Source: an uncultured bacterium (GTDB taxonomy: Bacteria > Patescibacteriota > Dojkabacteria > SC72). Taken from it: a stretch of 37,089 bases of DNA. The position numbers and the translations under genes were made by a program. The stretch spans positions 1 through 37,089 of the forward strand of contig CALDJM010000070.1 in NCBI GenBank assembly GCA_937899155.1. The letters are read 5' to 3'. Numbering within the stretch: the first letter of the stretch is position 1; the number at the start of each line of letters is the position of its first letter. The notes beneath the pieces were generated by a model. That model worked only from the letters and a program-made list of their open reading frames with translations. It did no database searches and was not told the origin of the DNA. This document shows positions 1 through 8,783 of the stretch, in pieces.

Positions 1-134
1 GTTGATAGCACAATCAATATATGGAGTATAAAAATACCTTCTGTTTTGTTTGTTGCTCTAATCTTTTTTGTAATGTGTGGAATTGTCTGCTCACAACTTC
101 TAAAAGCATACAAAAATGAGGGGTAGACAAGATA

Positions 135-143
135 TGATATAAT
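135..143 (+). promoter_or_regulatory. Extended -10 box TGATATAAT 5 nt upstream of ATG 149 (possible leaderless transcript)
   Basis: TGnTATAAT read directly at 135-143. There is no Shine-Dalgarno between it and the ATG. AT-rich background makes chance matches likely. Confidence 0.3.
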
Positions 144-148
144 AGGAC

Positions 149-886
149 ATGTCAAAGATAGATTTAAGAAGTGTTTCAGGATTGCCCATTGTTTTTGTAA
201 ATGATGAACTCATCTTTAAAGATGCTGATTGCAAAGAGAAAGCTGTTGTAGGCATTGATGACATCAGAGAACAGTTACTAAACAAAGAGCTTGATTGTCC
301 TGGTATTTTCTACACCAAATATAAAGAGGTTGATACAAAAGACTCACTATTCAAATCCAAGAAAGTGAAAGTTAATATATATACAATGCATGCTAACCTT
401 GCAGGTATAGAGTTTGTTAAGACAAGAGCAACAAGATGTAGGAAGTATCCAAGAATAATTGAAATACTTCATGGTAGTTCTACAATCTTAATGCAGAAAT
501 ACAGAAGTCCTAAAGATAACAGAATAATAAAACTACAAGCTAAGAAGAGTCAGAAAATTATAATTCCTGCAGAATATGATTTTGTTATTGTTAACACAAG
601 ACAAAGTACACCTTTAATCTTTTTAGAGGTAATGAATTCTAAAGCTATTGTTAGGAGAGTTCTTGATGAGAACAGTGGAATGGCATATTATGTAATAAGA
701 AAGAATGCAAAACAGGAAATAGTTAGAAATCCTAATTACAAGATTGTTAATGAACCAGAGAAAGTAGATACTGAGAAAGTAGTTAGTAGTTGTGGAATAA
801 CACCAAAGACTACAATAACTAAACAAATTATAAGAAAAAATGAAAGGTTTGACTGGCTATCTAAAGAAGACTCTGTTACATATTAG
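149..886 (+). CDS. Cupin-fold protein resembling archaeal-type (cupin) glucose-6-phosphate isomerase, metal ligands not conserved
   Basis: 245 aa ORF. Segments FVKTRATRCRKYPRIIEILHG, KIIIPAEYDFVIVN and YYVIRKNAKQEIVRNPNY are collinear with the cupin PGI motifs TxGHxH..E, PPYWAH and the C-terminal NPRW region, recalled from the family. The His/Glu ligand positions are R/T/R/F here. Confidence 0.45.
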   Translation: MSKIDLRSVSGLPIVFVNDELIFKDADCKEKAVVGIDDIREQLLNKELDCPGIFYTKYKEVDTKDSLFKSKKVKVNIYTMHANLAGIEFVKTRATRCRKYPRIIEILHGSSTILMQKYRSPKDNRIIKLQAKKSQKIIIPAEYDFVIVNTRQSTPLIFLEVMNSKAIVRRVLDENSGMAYYVIRKNAKQEIVRNPNYKIVNEPEKVDTEKVVSSCGITPKTTITKQIIRKNERFDWLSKEDSVTY

Positions 887-2756
887 TCTTTTTTTGTCAT
901 TCACCCTACTCTTTACCCACCTATGCAGACATAAGATATATGCCCAAGGAGATGGTTTTAATACAACAGCTTCATTTGTGCATACAGTAAATGGAAAGAG
1001 AATAGATAGTGAGCTAACAGTAAAACTTGAGAGTAATCAAGTAAGGGTGCTTTCAATATACACAGCCTCTATACTAGCTAAAGATATAACTCCAACATGC
1101 ACATTGGAAGATGGTTCGAAAATAGCTTGTAACAGCTACAAGAGGACAGGTGTCACAGATGTCCAAATGGATCTTAAAAACAGGATTGTAAGCCCTGATA
1201 ACCCTGTTGTAATTCGATATAAGTACTCACAACCTGTAGATAGTGAAATGTCTTTTAATTTCCCCTCTTTTCTTCTTGATGCTAAAACAACAGATGTAAA
1301 AATTCTAATTCCTAAATCAATGGGAGAGTATACATGGGCATCAGAAAATGTCACATCAAAACAAATAAGTGGAAACTACTTTGAAGTTATCTTTAACAAC
1401 CCCATACAACAACAAATTTCGCTCTTCTTCACAAAAGATATTCAGTACGAATTTAAGATAAGTAGAGTGTTTTCAAATCAAACAGAGCAAGGAGCACAAA
1501 CATTTGAACTTGTTGTACCTTCAGACACACAAAGCCAAAGTATCATATGGCAAGACATATCTCCACTTCCAACTAGTGCCATTATGGATAAAGATGGAAA
1601 CTATATCTTCAAATATGTTGTACCAGTAAAAGAAAGTATTGATTGTAGAATTTCTGGGTATATACAAAAGAATCAAGAGAAGAAAGAAGAGGAAGAGATT
1701 CAACCATTTTTAGTAAAGAAAACAGGATATTGGGATATGACAGATAGTACTGAGATAAAAAGGGTTTTCGATTTTATGAGACAGAAAGGATTAGATATTA
1801 ATGAGAATGTCGAAGATGTAAATATTTTCAAAAAAGCTCAGAGAGAACTTTTTTACAAATACCTATATCAATATGTCATTTACAGACTCGATTATGAAAA
1901 AGGCATTAAGCTGGGTATTAATAACGAAGCAAGGCTAGGAGCTGTTCAGATAGTAAAAGCAGGTCAAAAATCCACACCTGTCGATTATGCAGATTTCTAT
2001 ATATCCTTACTCAGATATTTTGGTGTACCTAGTAGAATGGTTCTTGGTTATGTATCAAATATTGTTGGTTACACAACAGATGGTTTCTATCACTACTGGG
2101 TAGAATTCTTTGATATAGATAAAAAGCAGTGGGTCTCTGTAGACGCCTTCCTTGAAGAGTATTCAAAAAGACCAATGTTTGGACTGACATTAAATGACCA
2201 TATTGAAATAATTAAAAGAGGACAATCTCCTCTAGCTCCAACCCTTACATTCTATACACCTACAGACTTTCAAGTGAGTTTTGATGATCAAGAAGCGGCA
2301 AGTAGACAAATACTCTTAGAGGCTAGTCTGTCTTTTGAGAAATACGACCCTACACAGAAATATGCAACAGCATTTGCAAATATTTCAAATAGTGGCAACA
2401 TTGCAATATCCAAAGTATCTTTTGACAAATCCAATTTGGGGAAACTAAATAGCTATATTGATTCTGTTTCAAACAGTGGCTCTGAAATTCTGCTTCCTAA
2501 ACAAAACAGACAGATTCAGCTCAATATACCCCATGAGAGAATTACTGCAAGAAAGGTCTACACCACACTTCTTTACTCAAACAATTCTGGTCATAGTGAT
2601 GTAGCAATGGCAGAGGTTATAATCCCTGATGATGTCCCTCTTTATACCTCCATTGTTGCAAAAATACTATCTTTAGCATCTTTCTTAACTTTACTCCTTA
2701 CAACATACATCTCTTTTAAAATTATCAAGGCAAACAGATGGAACCAACAGTCATAA
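840..2756 (+). CDS. Transglutaminase-like domain surface protein (signal peptide, C-terminal TM anchor), catalytic Cys position is Tyr
   Basis: 638 aa. N-terminal signal-like segment ends in IYAQG. The core VDYADFYISLLRYFGVPSRMVLGY...HYWVEFF...WVSVDAF matches the transglutaminase-like Cys-His-Asp core, except Cys is replaced by Tyr (codon 1986-1988). C-terminal hydrophobic helix. Overlaps the upstream ORF by 47 nt. Confidence 0.7.
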   Translation: MKGLTGYLKKTLLHISLFLSFTLLFTHLCRHKIYAQGDGFNTTASFVHTVNGKRIDSELTVKLESNQVRVLSIYTASILAKDITPTCTLEDGSKIACNSYKRTGVTDVQMDLKNRIVSPDNPVVIRYKYSQPVDSEMSFNFPSFLLDAKTTDVKILIPKSMGEYTWASENVTSKQISGNYFEVIFNNPIQQQISLFFTKDIQYEFKISRVFSNQTEQGAQTFELVVPSDTQSQSIIWQDISPLPTSAIMDKDGNYIFKYVVPVKESIDCRISGYIQKNQEKKEEEEIQPFLVKKTGYWDMTDSTEIKRVFDFMRQKGLDINENVEDVNIFKKAQRELFYKYLYQYVIYRLDYEKGIKLGINNEARLGAVQIVKAGQKSTPVDYADFYISLLRYFGVPSRMVLGYVSNIVGYTTDGFYHYWVEFFDIDKKQWVSVDAFLEEYSKRPMFGLTLNDHIEIIKRGQSPLAPTLTFYTPTDFQVSFDDQEAASRQILLEASLSFEKYDPTQKYATAFANISNSGNIAISKVSFDKSNLGKLNSYIDSVSNSGSEILLPKQNRQIQLNIPHERITARKVYTTLLYSNNSGHSDVAMAEVIIPDDVPLYTSIVAKILSLASFLTLLLTTYISFKIIKANRWNQQS

Positions 2757-3154
2757 TTACAGTTGTAATACTTCTTTTAATAGGGTTGCTTTTTTTAGTG
2801 ACTTCCTTGGCAAGTAAAAAGTTTGATAGCGACAAGAGAGAGGAAATATACAAAAGATTGAGAGAGTTAGAGATTTCTGCACAAAGTTTGGAAGATGCTG
2901 TAAGGAGAGACACTGTTGTTAAGTTGGATAATTTACTTGCAAGGTCTTTACAATTGTATTTTTCTAACAAGGATTTATGTGGAGACAATTTAAAGAAAGC
3001 TAGTTCTATATTCAAAAAGAAGGAATATAATGACATTTGGCAAGCACATAAGATTCGAAACAGGGTTGTGCATGATGATTATGAAGTAGATGCAAGTGAA
3101 GCTATAGAGTTGTATAATACATATAAGTTAAGTATTAAAAAGATATTGAAATGA
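2738..3154 (+). CDS. Small N-terminally membrane-anchored protein with an RNxxxH (HEPN-like Rx4-6H) motif
   Basis: 138 aa. A TM helix at residues 5-25 is followed by basic residues, so the C-terminal domain is predicted to be cytoplasmic. Motif IRNRVVH lies at codons 3056-3073. Overlaps the upstream gene by 19 nt and the downstream gene by ATGA. Confidence 0.6.
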   Translation: MEPTVIITVVILLLIGLLFLVTSLASKKFDSDKREEIYKRLRELEISAQSLEDAVRRDTVVKLDNLLARSLQLYFSNKDLCGDNLKKASSIFKKKEYNDIWQAHKIRNRVVHDDYEVDASEAIELYNTYKLSIKKILK

Positions 3155-3759
3155 AAAAATTTTTAGAAAAAGTATTATTCACACTATTTGCTCTACTCCT
3201 TCTTTTTCCTTCTCTTGCTTTTGCACAAGATACAGCTACGGAGGAAAAGAGTGAGACAAAAGAAGAGGTTGTTGTTAGTAAGAGTGGAAAGAAGTATTTT
3301 GAACTTAGTGTTAAAAATGTTGGACAATCTCCATTAACCAAAAAAGTTACATATGAGCTAACGATTACTCCTTTAATAGATACTCCAAGAACACAGGTTG
3401 TATGGAATGTACCCTCTACATTAAAAGCATATCCAAAACACCAGAAATTTATCTCTTTGCAAGAAGGGCAAACATATACTGTTAAAGCCTCTATTAAGCC
3501 CTTAAAAGAAGGACATCATAATCTTTCAGTCTCAGTAATATCATGGCAACATGATACAAACTACACTAATAGCATAGACAGCGATCTCTACATTGACAAA
3601 GACCTTGTTACCCTACCTGTTACAGAGCAGTATAAGACACAGAAGATAATTATGTATGTTGGGATACTCCTACTTGGTGGAGCTATTCTATTTGTAGCAG
3701 TCTTACTTGTAAAGAAGTATACAAAGAAGGCAAAAGACTGGTTTACACCTGATTTCTAG
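3151..3759 (+). CDS. Secreted or cell-surface protein (signal peptide, beta-sandwich-like middle, C-terminal TM anchor)
   Basis: 202 aa. Signal peptide ends in LAFAQD. The SVKNVGQSPLT segment resembles CARDB/DUF11-type strands by eye. The C-terminal helix is followed by KKYTKKAK. Confidence 0.55.
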   Translation: MKKFLEKVLFTLFALLLLFPSLAFAQDTATEEKSETKEEVVVSKSGKKYFELSVKNVGQSPLTKKVTYELTITPLIDTPRTQVVWNVPSTLKAYPKHQKFISLQEGQTYTVKASIKPLKEGHHNLSVSVISWQHDTNYTNSIDSDLYIDKDLVTLPVTEQYKTQKIIMYVGILLLGGAILFVAVLLVKKYTKKAKDWFTPDF

Positions 3760-3959
3760 TGCTCTAAGATTTCTCCGATTGATATCTCCAGCTCTTTGCA
3801 AATGACAAGGAGATTTCTAATTGGTGGATATGACACACCTTTTTCATACAGACTAATAGACTTATCTGACAAACCAACTCTCATGGCTAATTCTCTTTGA
3901 GTAAAACCTTTCTTCTCTCTTAATTCTCTTATTCTTTCTCCTAGTATTTTGGGTGTCAT
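3756..3959 (-). CDS. XRE-family helix-turn-helix transcriptional regulator
   Basis: 67 aa. LGERIRELREKKGFTQRELAMRVGLSDKSISLYEKG is a textbook HTH_3 pattern. Its ATG overlaps the stop of the upstream ORF (TAATG). Confidence 0.85.
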   Translation of the reverse strand: MTPKILGERIRELREKKGFTQRELAMRVGLSDKSISLYEKGVSYPPIRNLLVICKELEISIGEILEH

Positions 3960-4510
3960 TACTTAAAAAATAGTTTTAATATCTTATCCCAAAGAGAATC
4001 TTCCGAACTATCTTGATATCGTCTCCTAGCTGCTTCTCTATCCGAATACTTATCTTCTTCTAATAATCTTCTGTCTGTAAGATACGGCTTATCTTTATTC
4101 TCTCTCAATTCTTTAATCAACTGATTCTTCTGTTCTAATAATTTCTGTAGTTGGTCATACTCACCTTTGAAATCTTCAATATTGCTTTTTAATTTAAGAA
4201 TTGTTGTTTCCAATCCTTTCTTCTCTTTCAGTAAATCTGGGTATTTCCTGCCGTTTGTTACAAGTTCTTTATGCTCTGGACTATTAACCAACTTCATTAT
4301 CATCTCCTCTTTTGGGGACTTGGTTATACGGTAATATGCATTCTCTCTTGTTGTTGGCTTCCTACCTACAATTAACTTGAAAACAGAAAGAATTGTTTTA
4401 TCTAGCTTGGCCATTTGGGAGAAAGTTCTCGAAGGAGAGGAAGCTCCTCCTTTTGTATAGTTGTCTGTATCATCTCCTTTGTCCCATATTGGTACATCAA
4501 CATTTTTCAT
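3959..4510 (-). CDS. Hypothetical protein with a DUF4214-like segment and a C-terminal coiled coil, co-transcribed with the XRE regulator
   Basis: 183 aa. LIVGRKPTTRENAYY...LVNSPEHKEL resembles the DUF4214 pattern by eye. The C-terminal half is rich in heptad-like K/E/L. Confidence 0.55.
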   Translation of the reverse strand: MKNVDVPIWDKGDDTDNYTKGGASSPSRTFSQMAKLDKTILSVFKLIVGRKPTTRENAYYRITKSPKEEMIMKLVNSPEHKELVTNGRKYPDLLKEKKGLETTILKLKSNIEDFKGEYDQLQKLLEQKNQLIKELRENKDKPYLTDRRLLEEDKYSDREAARRRYQDSSEDSLWDKILKLFFK

Positions 4511-4516
4511 GTTTTG

Positions 4517-4544
4517 ATTATATTACAAATTGTGGATAATTTGT
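4517..4544 (-). promoter_or_regulatory. Promoter -10 (TATAAT, 6 nt from ATG 4510) plus adjacent 7-bp inverted repeat ACAAATT-N6-AATTTGT (candidate XRE operator)
   Basis: The reverse complement of 4517-4522 is TATAAT. The inverted-repeat arms at 4525-4531 and 4538-4544 occupy the spacer and -35 region of the same promoter. Confidence 0.35.
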
Positions 4545-4549
4545 AGTTT

Positions 4550-5317
4550 TTACTTATATATCATCAAAAACCCTGAGTACTTTCCTTCTAATATAGAGGT
4601 ATCTAAACTTTGATATTTCTCTATCTTCCATTGATTGTTGATATTAGAAAGTTCAAGTGACGAGATTAGTTCTTTCGGTTCTTGATATGATGGGTCTTCT
4701 GGACTTCCACTGTAACTTCTTAATTCACCTATTTTAACAATACAATTATTATCAACTGTTGCAGGTCTTTCTAGAATTGTAACTTTCTTAGTTTGATAAT
4801 CAACAGATTTATTATTAAATAATCTTGTACCTACTCCTGTATCCTGTCCTGTTAGATATTGAAAATCTTTTTTCTCTGATTCTGTTTTAGCTTCTGTAAA
4901 GAGTGAAAGAATTTTCCCTGCATTTCGCTCCTCTTGGTATTTAATAAAGTCTTGGACAAGAGCCAATACCTCCTCTTCTTTTTCGCTACATTTATCTTCG
5001 GGCTTTTTCTCACTTTGGCTGGGTTGTTTTGGTTGTTCTGGTTGGTCTTTTTGTTCTGGAGTTTTACTAGAAGGTTGATCCTCTACTGTTTCATCAGGTA
5101 TTTCTACTAACTCCTCATTCTCAAACACTTCATCAGGAAACTCGTAATCTACTTCTGTTATGTTTACTGTTTCTTTTTTTAATATTGTTTCTCTTAGAAA
5201 ATATCCCAAACTGCCAAATATTAGAGCTGAGAGTACTGCTACAATAGAGATTAGCAATACTAGTTTTAATTGTTTATCTTCTATCTGTGAAGGTATTTTA
5301 CTTTCTGTTTCTTTCAT
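4550..5317 (-). CDS. N-terminally anchored hypothetical exoprotein with an acidic/Pro-rich linker
   Basis: 255 aa. One TM helix near the N-terminus, then a low-complexity E/P/Q/K linker, then a globular C-terminal domain. No family recognised. Confidence 0.6.
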   Translation of the reverse strand: MKETESKIPSQIEDKQLKLVLLISIVAVLSALIFGSLGYFLRETILKKETVNITEVDYEFPDEVFENEELVEIPDETVEDQPSSKTPEQKDQPEQPKQPSQSEKKPEDKCSEKEEEVLALVQDFIKYQEERNAGKILSLFTEAKTESEKKDFQYLTGQDTGVGTRLFNNKSVDYQTKKVTILERPATVDNNCIVKIGELRSYSGSPEDPSYQEPKELISSLELSNINNQWKIEKYQSLDTSILEGKYSGFLMIYK

Positions 5318-5428
5318 AATATATGTGTTTTTATATTAATATGTATACCTTATACTGTTTGGGAGCTATTGTAAAGAAAGATTGAATACTTAAGAAGTAT
5401 TTTATCTCATATTTAAGTATTGTGAAAA

Positions 5429-5501
5429 AGCAGGGGACGGGACTCGAACCCGCAACCCTCTGTTTGGAAAACAGATATTCTAACCATTGAACTACCCCTG
5501 C
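5429..5501 (-). tRNA. tRNA-Gly (anticodon UCC)
   Basis: Cloverleaf folded by hand: acceptor GCAGGGG/CCCCTGC, anticodon stem TCTGT/ACAGA, loop TTTCCAA, T-arm GCGGG-TTCGAGT-CCCGT. No encoded CCA. Lies 5 nt downstream of rplS. Confidence 0.9.
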
Positions 5502-5506
5502 AGTAG

Positions 5507-5974
5507 TTATTTCTCCTCGTTATCTTTTTTAGGCTCTTCTTGCTTCTCTTCTACAACTTCTTCCTTTACAACCTCAGCTTCATTTTTTGCTTCTTCTGCA
5601 ACCTCCTCCTCATCTGTCATATAGACATCCTCAACATTGCTTACCTTCAAAGCTCTCCTACCAACTCTATCTCTTAAGTAGAATAACTTTGCTCTTCTCA
5701 CAGACCCTCTTTTAATTACTTCAACCTTTGCTAAAACTGGAGAGTGTACAGGAACAATCTTTTCTACACCAACACCGTAAGAGATTTTTCTTACTACAAA
5801 GTTCTTATTCAATCCAGAACCCTTAATCGAAATGACCACACCCTCAAACACCTGTATTCTCTGTTTGTTTCCCTCTTTAATCTTAAGGTGTAGTTTAACA
5901 GTATCTCCAACCTTAACATCAGGTCTTTTCTTGTATGACCCCTCTTCTATTTTCTTAATAATTTTGCTATCCAT
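5507..5974 (-). CDS. rplS: 50S ribosomal protein L19 with an acidic C-terminal extension
   Basis: 155 aa. [32 protein letters not shown]...[13 protein letters not shown] is canonical L19. About 35 extra E/K-rich residues at the C-terminus. Confidence 0.93.
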   Translation of the reverse strand: MDSKIIKKIEEGSYKKRPDVKVGDTVKLHLKIKEGNKQRIQVFEGVVISIKGSGLNKNFVVRKISYGVGVEKIVPVHSPVLAKVEVIKRGSVRRAKLFYLRDRVGRRALKVSNVEDVYMTDEEEVAEEAKNEAEVVKEEVVEEKQEEPKKDNEEK

Positions 5975-6064
5975 AATGACTTCTTAAAAAATATAATTTG
6001 TTGTTCAGCTGTGATTATAGAATAAATTTGAAAAATATGCCACAATATATAGTAACAACTGCCT

Positions 6065-7591
6065 ATGAGTATAAAAAGAAAAGTATTATTAATAATTCTA
6101 GATGGTCTAGGAGCTGCTCCTGCAAGCCAGGGAAATGCCGTTGTTCTAGCACAAGCTAACACTCTCTCCTCTCTATGGAGTACATCACCCCACACATATT
6201 TAATAGCTTCTGGTGAAGATGTTGGTTTGCCAAAAAACACAAAAGGAAACAGTGAAGTAGGACATTTGAATATTGGAGCAGGTAGAACTATATACCAAAA
6301 TCTGCCTAGGATAAACAATGCAATTGAGAAAGGTTTAATATTTGAGAATCAAACATTAAAAGAAGCATATGCTCATGCTGTTAAATATGGAGGTCGAGTA
6401 CATCTTGTTGGATTACTTAGTGATGGTGCTGTACATTCGCATATCGAACATTTCAAAGCTGTTATTGATTTCTTCTCGAAGAATAATTTTCCTAACCACC
6501 TCTTTATTCATGCTTTCACAGATGGAAGAGACACCTCTCCAGACTCTGCCATGACATATCTTGCAGATATAGATAAATACTGTATGGATAGAGGCATCGG
6601 ACAAATTGGTACTATAATTGGCAGATATTATGCCATGGATAGAAATAGTAAATGGGATAGGACTGAAAGAGCATATTTTCTCTTGGAAAAAAACTTAGGT
6701 GAGCAGTTTTCTACTGCACATTCAGCTATACAACATAATTATGACCAAGGCATAACTGATGAATTCATAGAACCCTCCGTGATAAATAAGAGTAACATTG
6801 AAGATAGTGATGCTGTTCTACTCATGAATTTCAGGTCAGATAGAATGGTACAATTAACAGAAGCACTTTTAGATGATGACTTTGCTAGATTTACTAGAAA
6901 GAAAAAGAAGAATCTTTTTATCGCCTCTATGGTTGAGTATAGGAAGAATTTTCCTGAGAAGGTAGTATTTCCTAAGCAGTATGTAAATCTAACATTAGGA
7001 AACATCATAGATACTGCACATCTTTCTCAACTGAGAATCTCTGAGACAGAGAAATTTCCTCATGTTACATACTTCTTCAATGGAGGCTCTTCTGTAATAT
7101 ATGATAAAGAGGATAGGATTATTGTACCCTCTCCAAGAGTTGCTACATATGACCAGAAGCCTGAGATGAGTGCTTTGGAGATCACGACTATACTTCTGGA
7201 TCGAATGGCTAAAGACCTATATGACTTTACTGTGGTGAATTTTGCAAATACTGATATGGTTGGACATACAGGTAACTTAGATGCTGGTATTAAAGCTGTA
7301 AAAGTTGTTGATTTCTGTGTAAGGGAGTTAGTAAAAACTTTTACACTAAAAGGTGGAGTTGTCATGATTACAGCCGACCATGGAAATGTCGAAGAGATGA
7401 TAGACCTTCAAAAAGGTGGTATAGACACGGAACATTCTATGAATCCTGTACCATTAATAATTGCAGGGCAAGGATTTAAAGCTCAAAGATTAAAATATGG
7501 AGCATTAAGAGACATAGCACCAACAGTGTTACGATTAATGGGAATACCTGTACCTAGTGAAATGACAGGGAAAATACTTTTTAATCCTTAG
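6065..7591 (+). CDS. gpmI: 2,3-bisphosphoglycerate-independent phosphoglycerate mutase
   Basis: 508 aa. LIILDGLG, NSEVGHLNIGAGR, FTDGRDT and ITADHGN motifs of iPGM. Confidence 0.93.
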   Translation: MSIKRKVLLIILDGLGAAPASQGNAVVLAQANTLSSLWSTSPHTYLIASGEDVGLPKNTKGNSEVGHLNIGAGRTIYQNLPRINNAIEKGLIFENQTLKEAYAHAVKYGGRVHLVGLLSDGAVHSHIEHFKAVIDFFSKNNFPNHLFIHAFTDGRDTSPDSAMTYLADIDKYCMDRGIGQIGTIIGRYYAMDRNSKWDRTERAYFLLEKNLGEQFSTAHSAIQHNYDQGITDEFIEPSVINKSNIEDSDAVLLMNFRSDRMVQLTEALLDDDFARFTRKKKKNLFIASMVEYRKNFPEKVVFPKQYVNLTLGNIIDTAHLSQLRISETEKFPHVTYFFNGGSSVIYDKEDRIIVPSPRVATYDQKPEMSALEITTILLDRMAKDLYDFTVVNFANTDMVGHTGNLDAGIKAVKVVDFCVRELVKTFTLKGGVVMITADHGNVEEMIDLQKGGIDTEHSMNPVPLIIAGQGFKAQRLKYGALRDIAPTVLRLMGIPVPSEMTGKILFNP

Positions 7592-8213
7592 ACTTCTTAT
7601 CTTTGCGAATATTGATAATACCTCTTGCAACATACAGAATAATTCCGACAATCAGAATACCCATAATTACTTTCTCATACTTTCCTACATAAACAGAAAC
7701 TACTTCCCATTTAGAACCTAAATAATAGCCTGACAGACCTAAAAGAGTCGACCACAGGGCAGTTCCTATCAATGTATATGCAGAGAAAACCCAAAAATTC
7801 ATTTTCCCAACACCAGCTGGAAAAGAAACAACTGTTCTAACTATTGGAATTACTCTACCTAAAAGAACAATTTTATTACCATGCTTATCAAAAGCATCAA
7901 AACCTTTGTCCATATCTGTTTTGGTGATAAAAAGGTATTTACCGTACTTCTCTAGGAATTTAGTTATTCCCTCCTTACCCCACTTACCAATAAGATAGAA
8001 GGGCAATGAGCCTAAATATGCTGAAATTGTTGCAACAGCAATGACTAGAACAATATTTAATTTACCTTGATTTGCTACAAAGCCTGAGAAAGGAAGTATT
8101 ATTTCGCTTGGGATAGGTGCAAAGAAACTCTCAACAAACATTGCTAAGCCCACACCAACATAACCCATGCTTCCTATTAAATTTACTAACCAATCTATTA
8201 GAGAATTTATCAT
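7581..8213 (-). CDS. DedA/VTT-domain membrane protein
   Basis: 210 aa. FVESFFAPIPSEIILPFSGF and multiple TM helices. Convergent 11-nt overlap with gpmI. Confidence 0.85.
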   Translation of the reverse strand: MINSLIDWLVNLIGSMGYVGVGLAMFVESFFAPIPSEIILPFSGFVANQGKLNIVLVIAVATISAYLGSLPFYLIGKWGKEGITKFLEKYGKYLFITKTDMDKGFDAFDKHGNKIVLLGRVIPIVRTVVSFPAGVGKMNFWVFSAYTLIGTALWSTLLGLSGYYLGSKWEVVSVYVGKYEKVIMGILIVGIILYVARGIINIRKDKKSKD

Positions 8214-8222
8214 AACTAGCCA

Positions 8223-8783
8223 TTATACATTATCTAAAACATCTGTGTTTAATTTTATACTATCCCCTACTACAACAGCATTTTCTTTGCAAAAATTACT
8301 GTTAACTTCTAATACATACCTATATTTACTTGCAGGAGTTATTGTTGGACAAAAATCCTCTTTACACGGTTGCTGATCCGCCTTAATATCAACAATAAAG
8401 CCTGAGGCATCAACAAAAATAATATCCAAAGGTATTAACATATCCTTCATCCAAAAACCTCCTTCTGTATCTTGGTCAAATATAAACCACATTCCATCAT
8501 AACTTCCCAGATACTTTCGATGAGATAATCCTAAAGCTCTTTTCTGTACATCATCTGCAATATCTACATTTACCTTAATAACACTCTCCTCGCGAGTAGA
8601 AATCTCAACAAAATGAGTTTGTTGATTCCCTTTTTCAGATTCTTGTTTGGGCTCATGTTCCTCCTGAACATTCTTGCCATTTGGAGTAATTGATATATTC
8701 AAAAACTTAAACCTATCTTGCAAAAACATAAAAAGGCCGACAACGAATACAAGAAATAGTAGAAATTTAATCTGACTGTTCAT
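8223..8783 (-). CDS. DUF192-domain protein with an N-terminal anchor
   Basis: RALGLSHRKYLGSYDGMWFIF...WMKDMLIPLDIIFVD matches DUF192. The track start at 8801 is TTG. I prefer ATG at 8783 (MNSQIKFLLFL...), which is preceded by TATTAT 6 nt upstream. Confidence 0.8.
   Translation of the reverse strand: MNSQIKFLLFLVFVVGLFMFLQDRFKFLNISITPNGKNVQEEHEPKQESEKGNQQTHFVEISTREESVIKVNVDIADDVQKRALGLSHRKYLGSYDGMWFIFDQDTEGGFWMKDMLIPLDIIFVDASGFIVDIKADQQPCKEDFCPTITPASKYRYVLEVNSNFCKENAVVVGDSIKLNTDVLDNV

Noticed and set aside
4531-4539. Perfect DnaA-box 9-mer TTATCCACA (reverse complement), plus an 8-of-9 match at 23371-23379; considered as an oriC near parAB.
   Set aside because: These are single, widely separated boxes. 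There is no cluster, no adjacent dnaA or dnaN, and no obvious AT-rich unwinding repeats. One such 9-mer is roughly what chance would give in this much AT-rich sequence. The box at 4531 is better explained as the centre of the operator-like inverted repeat.
5387-5403. Hairpin AATACTT-AAG-AAGTATT downstream of tRNA-Gly(UCC), considered as a terminator.
   Set aside because: The stem is AT-only and 7 bp long, and no clear U-tract follows it on the transcribed (minus) strand. That is too weak to call.
5947-6318. 123 aa minus-strand ORF spanning the rplS-gpmI divergent region.
   Set aside because: It overlaps the conserved N-terminus of gpmI on the opposite strand and the rplS start. The translation has no recognisable features.
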